14,997 bases of DNA from Zygophlyctis sp. KS116 (Eukaryota; Fungi; Chytridiomycota), in contig BAAFSQ010000243.1 of NCBI GenBank assembly GCA_054661495.1, positions 1-14,997 on the forward strand, read 5' to 3'. Shown here one piece after another: positions 9,407 through 14,997 of the stretch (the first letter of the stretch is position 1; each line of letters starts with the position of its first letter). The notes below the pieces were generated by a model, which searched no databases, had not been told where the DNA came from, and saw only the letters and a program-made list of their open reading frames with translations. The translations under genes and the position numbers were made by a program.

Positions 9407-11082
9407 TCATAGCAGACTTTTCACGTAATCTGACATAGCTTTTTCTTCATCCTCAGTTTGAATGCAGTTTTTCCAATCCGACTTTTCTGGATAGCCAAGT
9501 AAATTTGCGATTACAGATCTTCCAAATTGAGGGTCAATAATTCTAGGTGCACGTCTTCTCATTTGGCTTGCTTCTTCTTCCAAAGATCTGAATTCCTTTA
9601 GCTTATCTTCAGACGGAGTGAATATATGAGTTGATACCCTCTTGCCGTCTTTAAAGATCTCCACTTTACAATATGCCATAGCCATGAACTCTACATCTTT
9701 TTCATTTGATTCACAAAAACCTTGATTCTCTGCCTCTTGTTGAAAAGAAGGTCCTACTTCTAATTCCAGTTCTGACGGTATCGGGAGCAACTGATAATGA
9801 AGGTGCTGTAAAGGAGCAGATTGACCTTGATAACCTCCAAACAATTCAAAGCTTACCAAAACTTGATCCCTTTTAGAATAAAGTTTAGAAACTTGCATTT
9901 GCATTTGTTGTATTTCATCCCTTATTGATCCTGATGGATCTGCATTTGCCAAGTGTTTGAATGACTGATAATGTCCAACTGGAACAATCAATAAGTGACC
10001 TCCCCAATCAACTACGCCCTTAAATTTACTATGACATATATTTACCCCCTTTGCAACTGCCAAATAAATTTCTTCTCCAATCGACACAATTAAATGTTGT
10101 TCTAAATTTGGATTTGACAAACAAAACCAACATTGACTTAAATCCCGACCCAACTTTTTAAAAGACTTATCTTTTTTCTTGGCCTTTGGACAATCTCTAA
10201 TAAAATGTCCTGCAACTGAACAAATCTTGCAAACATAACCATCCGGCAATTCTTTTTTCTTGTTTGGACAATCCTGTATCCAATGTCCAGGTTCTGAACA
10301 AATCTTACATTCATATCCATCTGGAGGAGGTCCTTTTATTTTTTTCTGGTGCTGTCCTTCCCAAAAGAAATTGTTTGACTCATCCTCGAGACCCCTTTTC
10401 ATAATATTTAAATAAGGACATGCTGTCGCTTGTAAATTTGATCCTGTGGTTGTATCGTTTGGAACTATATTAATGGCATAATACCACCTTTCCTTTGTCA
10501 CATTACCAAAATTCGCAAGACCAATAAATCTTGTCAGAGTACCATTATTATTCGAGTATGGCTCTCTTTCCAGAAAAGTATCAATTCCTGAAGAAAAATG
10601 ATATTTTGGAGTTAACGCCATCACTGCCTCTGATACAGCTGAGGAACCAGATTCTAAAATATTTTTTGTAGATGCAATATTTGATCCAGTTGAAATTCCT
10701 TGTGGCCATTCTGCACTAAGAAATAAATCGCATTTAAATCCACTTTTCTGACAAGATTTCACTAGATCTGCTACCGATTGTGATGAATGAGTTTTAGACA
10801 TGTATGCAATCGTCAATCCTTCAGCTGTAGTTAATATACCATGATCGCCTTTGAAATTAGTAATGTAAAATTACCAAGATATAATTCATTATCAGCCGAA
10901 TGTCCATCATTAGAAATTAAATAAGTTGGGATTGGAATAGTCGCAATAAATTGTTCTACATTTGGGATGAGCCCCAATACAAGGATCAAATCAAACTTTT
11001 GTTTTGTAGTCATTGATGATACTTTAGAGATCCATGCAGACTCATTAATCTCAGCCGTTGGTCCCAAAACCAAAATTTTCAT
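9407..11082 (-). CDS. CWF19L1: CWF19-like protein 1 / Drn1 (lariat-debranching cofactor) with two CCHC zinc knuckles (~540 aa)
   Basis: Exons 11082-10875, 10848-10046 and 10018-9407; introns 10849-10874 (26 nt) and 10019-10045 (27 nt, in frame). Pseudo-phosphoesterase motifs DLFLSAEWP, PKYHF, EREPY, TRFIGLA. Two CxxCxxxGHxIxDC knuckles. CwfJ motifs CWFCLSNP..E.HLIVSIG, GHLLIVP..H, HLHYQLLPIP, QFGR, DWKNC. Confidence 0.92.
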
Positions 11083-11108
11083 CAAAAAGATTTATTTTTC
11101 TTTGACAA

Positions 11109-12299
11109 TTATAACAATTCGGGATAGTCCGCCTTTTTTAGACTTAGATCATACAAAGCATATAGAATTCCAACAATTCCAAACACAACGCTATAAATTT
11201 TAACCGCTTTCTGTTTGAAAAATGATAAAAAGTCATGAATAAAACTTTCTTCTCTCTGTCTTTCCTTCATTCGAGCTGTACGAAGTTCATTCTTTGATTT
11301 GAGTTCTTTTACTAGTTCAGAATCATGCTCATCTGCGGTAAAATCTGGCTTAAACGATTCCTGGTTTGTCTCTGTAAACTTTGCTTGAGTTTCAGCATCT
11401 TCTCCAAAAAACACAAATCCTTTAAGTTCTGGTTCTGGAATCGGATTATCTTGTGGTGGTACTTTTGAGATTTCGGGTTCTTTGACTCTATCACTTTTAC
11501 TAACAGAGTTTGATTCTTGAGAAATATCCTCTGATTCTTTACCGACAAAATTAGGGCCCTGAGGAATATCATTTAATTCTTTACCAACCACATCTGATCC
11601 TAGAGAAATACCTTGCAGAGTCTTTTCAAGTGATTCTTCCATTGATTTAACTGGACCTTCCGAATCAATATTATTAATATTATCTGAAACTTTTAGACTA
11701 TTTGGGCCATGATCTATCGGGAGTTTTGAAGGAGAAGTTGTTTTAGCATTCTTTTCAACATTTCTTAGTTTTTTTGCAATTTCCCTGACTCTTCCTTTTT
11801 CGGGTAAATTTCTCCAAATGTTCTGTAGTTCTTTAGAGTCTAAATGTGAAAGCGGATGAATCTTTCTAACTGCATCAGCGACTTGTGAGATTTCATTTCT
11901 GCGATTAAGACTTCTAGCATCTTTCTCAACCTGATCAATCCAGGCATTTGATAAACTTTGAACCATTTCTTGAGCATTTCTCATAGCTGCATTCTTACTT
12001 CCGTCTTGATTAATTTTCACTTTATATGATCCTTGAGTTATAATATGATTGGCTACTTTAGAGTACTGATTAAGCAATTTTTGATTATGAATCCTTGTCC
12101 GATTCTCTAATTCTTCCAAGTTAGACTCAGAATAGTACTGATTAGACTTTTGATCAGTAAAGAAATTTAGCGTCAGAGCTTCCAAATTCGTTCTAAATTC
12201 TCCCAGAATATAATCTGTAGTGGCATTTATTTTTTCAATTGGAGATAATGCATTGGCCTGATAAGCATAGATTGCATTCAAGAGATAAAGAAAGATCAT
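11109..12299 (-). CDS. Uncharacterised type I membrane/secreted precursor with Kex2-type SLNRR site (distant member of the 13.5-15 kb family, ~396 aa)
   Basis: Intronless from ATG 12299. Signal peptide MIFLYLLNAIYAYQANA; NAQEMVQSLSNAW...SLNRR; C-terminal TM IYSVVFGIVGILYALY. Confidence 0.75.
   Translation of the reverse strand: MIFLYLLNAIYAYQANALSPIEKINATTDYILGEFRTNLEALTLNFFTDQKSNQYYSESNLEELENRTRIHNQKLLNQYSKVANHIITQGSYKVKINQDGSKNAAMRNAQEMVQSLSNAWIDQVEKDARSLNRRNEISQVADAVRKIHPLSHLDSKELQNIWRNLPEKGRVREIAKKLRNVEKNAKTTSPSKLPIDHGPNSLKVSDNINNIDSEGPVKSMEESLEKTLQGISLGSDVVGKELNDIPQGPNFVGKESEDISQESNSVSKSDRVKEPEISKVPPQDNPIPEPELKGFVFFGEDAETQAKFTETNQESFKPDFTADEHDSELVKELKSKNELRTARMKERQREESFIHDFLSFFKQKAVKIYSVVFGIVGILYALYDLSLKKADYPELL
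11485..11610 (-). repeat. Degenerate 42-bp (14-aa) tandem repeat, about 3 copies, in coding sequence
   Basis: ISLGSDVVGKELND / IPQGPNFVGKESED / ISQESNSVSKSDRV; g(a/g)aata ends recur at 11526, 11568 and 11610. Confidence 0.7.
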
Positions 12300-12483
12300 G
12301 ATATGCAATAGATTTTGCAGGAAAAATTTTAATTTTCTGAAACTGGTAGAAATCGGACATCAGTTTTGACTAAAGTGTATAATGATTTATAGCAGTATGA
12401 TCTGCTTTCGTAATGAGCAGATGCCTTCACTAATATTATTTGTGCCGCATAAGTTGGCGACTCATGCCGCAATAATCTTCTAA

Positions 12484-13383
12484 ATGTTTTCCAAAACTCT
12501 TTTGTTATCATTACTTACTTCTCTGTCTATTGCTCTTCCTTCTGGATCTCCAATCTGTGATATAGATGATGAATTCTCTAAACATCATGGAGCTGAAGAT
12601 CCTAACGCTGGATTTTCTGCAACGGTCAATCAGAATGGTGGTTCATATACCATTCGATTGCAGGGTAAAGATACTCCTATTCATGGGGTACTCATGTATG
12701 TTTCTAAAGATTCTGATAAATCATCTCGTCTTGGACAGTTTACTGCTAAAGATGGATTCAAGTTTGTCAGTGGTTGTCATGCGTCACTTAAAGAAACAAC
12801 AATCACTCACGGAAATTCTCAGCTTAAAAAGGAAACTGAATTCACTTGGACCCCCGGTCCTGATGATAAAGGTTCTTTTACTTTGCATGCAGTAGTCAGT
12901 GGTGAAAAAGTCCCATGGCAGCGTCTCAAATTGCAGTTGACAACACAAACTGTTCAGACTCCTTCAGTGACAGAGTCAGCTAGCGAGGCTTCTGATATTT
13001 CAACCCCCACTATCGAAGCTTCTGATATTCCAACCTCCACTATCAAAACTTCTGATATTTTAACCTCCACTATCGAAGCTTCTGATATTTTAACCTCCAC
13101 TATCGAAGCTTCTGATATATCAACCTCCAATATCAAAACTTCTTCCGTTCCAACATCTGTTGCTCCAAAGTCTACTTCTATCCAATCTGCTTATTTCCCA
13201 ATTCCAACAGACGGAAAATTCGAAATTTCGAAAGCTTCTGGTTCAGCCATTATAACAAAACCGGATTATTCCTCAAGCCCAACACCAGATGATCATGTCG
13301 GATTAACCTTTACCAGTGGCGTTTCTCTTTCAGGTGATTTGTCGACATTCTTGAGTATTCTTATGGCCCTTGTTATTTTGTAA
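12484..13383 (+). CDS. Secreted, probably GPI-anchored Reeler-domain protein with Ser/Thr-rich stalk (299 aa)
   Basis: Signal peptide. Reeler-like motifs ALPSGSPIC, HG, GVLMYV, GQF, TITH...K, FTWTP. S/T-rich stalk and hydrophobic C-terminus (TFLSILMALVIL) with no cytoplasmic tail. Confidence 0.82.
   Translation: MFSKTLLLSLLTSLSIALPSGSPICDIDDEFSKHHGAEDPNAGFSATVNQNGGSYTIRLQGKDTPIHGVLMYVSKDSDKSSRLGQFTAKDGFKFVSGCHASLKETTITHGNSQLKKETEFTWTPGPDDKGSFTLHAVVSGEKVPWQRLKLQLTTQTVQTPSVTESASEASDISTPTIEASDIPTSTIKTSDILTSTIEASDILTSTIEASDISTSNIKTSSVPTSVAPKSTSIQSAYFPIPTDGKFEISKASGSAIITKPDYSSSPTPDDHVGLTFTSGVSLSGDLSTFLSILMALVIL
12985..13143 (+). repeat. 30-bp (10-aa) coding minisatellite, about 5.3 copies
   Basis: Unit approximately tctgatatttyaacctccactatcraarct, encoding SDI(S/P/L)T(S/P)(T/N)I(EA/KT), at 12991-13140. 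Confidence 0.95.
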
Positions 13384-13533
13384 GATAGCTGTATAAAGCT
13401 CTTTGCCAAATTTACATGTGTGTTGAAATATCAAAGGTTTAAAAATTTCAAATATAAAAATTTCATACTTTGAATTGTCTCAAAATTAAAATTATTGAAA
13501 GATGAAATGTATTGATTTTGAAAAAAATGGAAA

Positions 13534-14418
13534 TCATCCGTAGTAAACGTATTTATCAGGATCCGGAAATGAGCCACCATATGTATATCCATAAGTAGAA
13601 GGTGGAATATAAGGAGGAGGGTAGGTGGGCGGAACAACTCCCGAAACGCTGAATGGTGGAACTGGAGGTGGAACTATATATCCTCTTGGAGCAAAGAGAG
13701 CTCTTAGAGCCCATAGGATGAATAATGATGCAGCAATCACTACACCGACGAGTCCTGCAATTTGTACCCAATTCTTTGATCCAGCAGCCTTCTTTGCATT
13801 CTCATCAATAGAACGACTCGAAGGTGTTTTTTCATTGGGATGTTTAGTTTTTCGTAGATTTTGTAGATTATCTGATGAGGCTGAGGTGAAACTACTAACA
13901 TCATCTGATGAAGTCCGAACTCCTCGGCCAAGAGACTCTGCAACCTCGCCAACTCCCTTTACTAGAATCATTCTACGAGCCAAGGAATGATCGCTATTTG
14001 AAATCGTTCCCCATTCAACAGCCAGCTGTTTTTGGATGATTTTAGCGTTTTCAGTTATGCCATCAACTTCATTATCAACAACTGCTTCTTCTCGTTTGTA
14101 GACTGCTGAAGCAGCTGGATGGTAAAATCCTCCTCCAGGAGCCGGTCGATAAAGGTATGGATTATTTTCGTCACAACCAGATTTAACGATTCCGTATGCT
14201 CTGGGATAATATTGCTTAAGAATGTTTGGATGGAATCCATAATTTCTTTTGGACAAGCTGCCTTGCTCTACAGTTTGATTCTTGATTTCATTTTCAATGA
14301 ATTTCATGATTTGATTGACTGTTGATCGGATCTGGGCCTCTTTATTATCATCGATTGTTGAGTCTGTGGCAGTGGAATAGGCCAAGAAGAAGTTGAGAAG
14401 CAACAATGAAAATTGCAT
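13534..14418 (-). CDS. Uncharacterised multiply Kex2-cleavable type I membrane precursor with PPxY cytoplasmic tail (294 aa)
   Basis: Intronless from ATG 14418. Signal peptide MQFSLLLLNFFLAYSTA; dibasic sites SLSKR, VYKR and SLARR; TM WVQIAGLVGVVIAASLFILWAL; tail PPTYPPPY. Confidence 0.82.
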   Translation of the reverse strand: MQFSLLLLNFFLAYSTATDSTIDDNKEAQIRSTVNQIMKFIENEIKNQTVEQGSLSKRNYGFHPNILKQYYPRAYGIVKSGCDENNPYLYRPAPGGGFYHPAASAVYKREEAVVDNEVDGITENAKIIQKQLAVEWGTISNSDHSLARRMILVKGVGEVAESLGRGVRTSSDDVSSFTSASSDNLQNLRKTKHPNEKTPSSRSIDENAKKAAGSKNWVQIAGLVGVVIAASLFILWALRALFAPRGYIVPPPVPPFSVSGVVPPTYPPPYIPPSTYGYTYGGSFPDPDKYVYYG

Positions 14419-14429
14419 TTTAAATGTCG

Positions 14430-14509
14430 TGAAACGCAGGGGCAGCTGCATAAATCCTGAATCGGACATGAAACTGAAAATTTTCTCGCCAATGAAACGC
14501 AATGAAACA
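14430..14509. promoter_or_regulatory. Cluster of four TGAAAC (Ste12 PRE-like) motifs plus AATCGGACAT
   Basis: TGAAACG at 14430, ATGAAACT at 14468, ATGAAACG at 14492 and ATGAAACA at 14502, all in the same orientation and 12-91 nt upstream of ATG 14418. Confidence 0.45.
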
Positions 14510-14620
14510 AAAACCAAAAGTGATATTTATATTCATCATTATTATTCAACTAGCGAAAATCATTGTGAACTAATAAACACCGAAGTTAAAGTGAGTGCGC
14601 AGATAATTTATTCAAAATCA

Positions 14621-14997
14621 TCAATCTAACAATTGGGGAATCAAATAAGTGAAAAGAACCCCCAACAATGCAGAAACAACAGCGGATGTAAATATAACTA
14701 TCCCAATCACACCGACTATTTCTAAGGAATTTCTAAACATTGGTCTCCTAGTTGTAGTTTGAAAGTTTTGCGGAGCCCCTGAATGTTTCGAAGCAGCAGT
14801 AATTACACTAGCATCATCATATGAAGATCTCAAACCAGCTGCAAACGACTGAGCAACGCCACCCAGCGTGACTCCGAATCGTCTCCGAGTCAAAGAGTTG
14901 TATTGGCTCGAGAGTTTTTCCCACTCCATAGCTAATTGTTTTTGGATGATTTTAACGTTTTCAGTCAGAGCATCTACATCTTGATCAACTGCTTCTT
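14621..14997 (-). CDS. Tandem paralogue of the 13534-14418 gene (5' end beyond the window)
   Basis: The frame is open to the window edge. EAVDQDVDALTENVKIIQKQLAMEWEKLSSQYNSLTRR aligns with EAVVDNEVDGITENAKIIQKQLAVEWGTISNSDHSLARR, with DNA-level similarity (14028-14055 vs 14938-14965). C-terminal TM present. Confidence 0.85.
   Translation of the reverse strand, partial: EAVDQDVDALTENVKIIQKQLAMEWEKLSSQYNSLTRRRFGVTLGGVAQSFAAGLRSSYDDASVITAASKHSGAPQNFQTTTRRPMFRNSLEIVGVIGIVIFTSAVVSALLGVLFTYLIPQLLD

Noticed and set aside
10185-10335. CCHC knuckles suggesting a retrotransposon Gag
   Set aside because: Embedded in frame in CWF19L1; no protease, RT, integrase or LTRs.
12985-13143. 30-bp repeats resembling a CRISPR array
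   Set aside because: Head-to-tail with no spacers, in frame inside a eukaryotic Ser/Thr stalk.
13420-13530. AT-rich short inverted repeats between convergent genes
   Set aside because: Low-complexity 3' UTR sequence with no convincing TIR/TSD structure for a MITE.
14419-14517. N-terminal extension of the 327-aa ORF (likewise TTG starts at 12308 and 11085)
   Set aside because: Downstream ATGs (14418, 12299, 11082) directly begin the signal peptide or conserved domain; near-cognate starts are not expected here.
1075-14629. Short antisense or alternate-frame ORFs in the track (e.g. 1075-1347, 2840-3109, 8163-8402, 12566-12895, 13625-13990, 14393-14629)
   Set aside because: Shadows of well-supported genes with no recognisable motifs.

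Overview
Gene-dense, AT-rich eukaryotic (fungal) DNA read with the standard genetic code; a chytrid-like origin is inferred from gene content and tiny introns. The ORF track is fragmented by 15 GT-AG spliceosomal introns. Twelve are only 25-29 nt, one is 33 nt, and two are 53-54 nt, each of the latter with an internal hairpin. After splicing there are 11 genes. In order: a Cys-rich ectodomain-TM-SH3 receptor-like protein; an orphan membrane protein with about 17 amphipathic 'LAD' helical repeats; CDC24 (CH-DH-PH-PB1 Rho GEF); a carnosine N-methyltransferase; a secreted histidine-phosphatase-fold protein; a two-RRM Hrp1/Musashi-like protein; and CWF19L1/Drn1. An intronless surface-protein block follows (11.1-15 kb), with a GPI-anchored Reeler protein and three members of an unrecognised family (signal peptide, pro-segment ending S-L-x-R/K-R, C-terminal TM). 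The best novelty candidates are this Kex2-processed membrane-protein family, with its shared promoter motif and a cluster of Ste12-type TGAAAC elements, the LAD-repeat protein, and the mini-intron/hairpin architecture.
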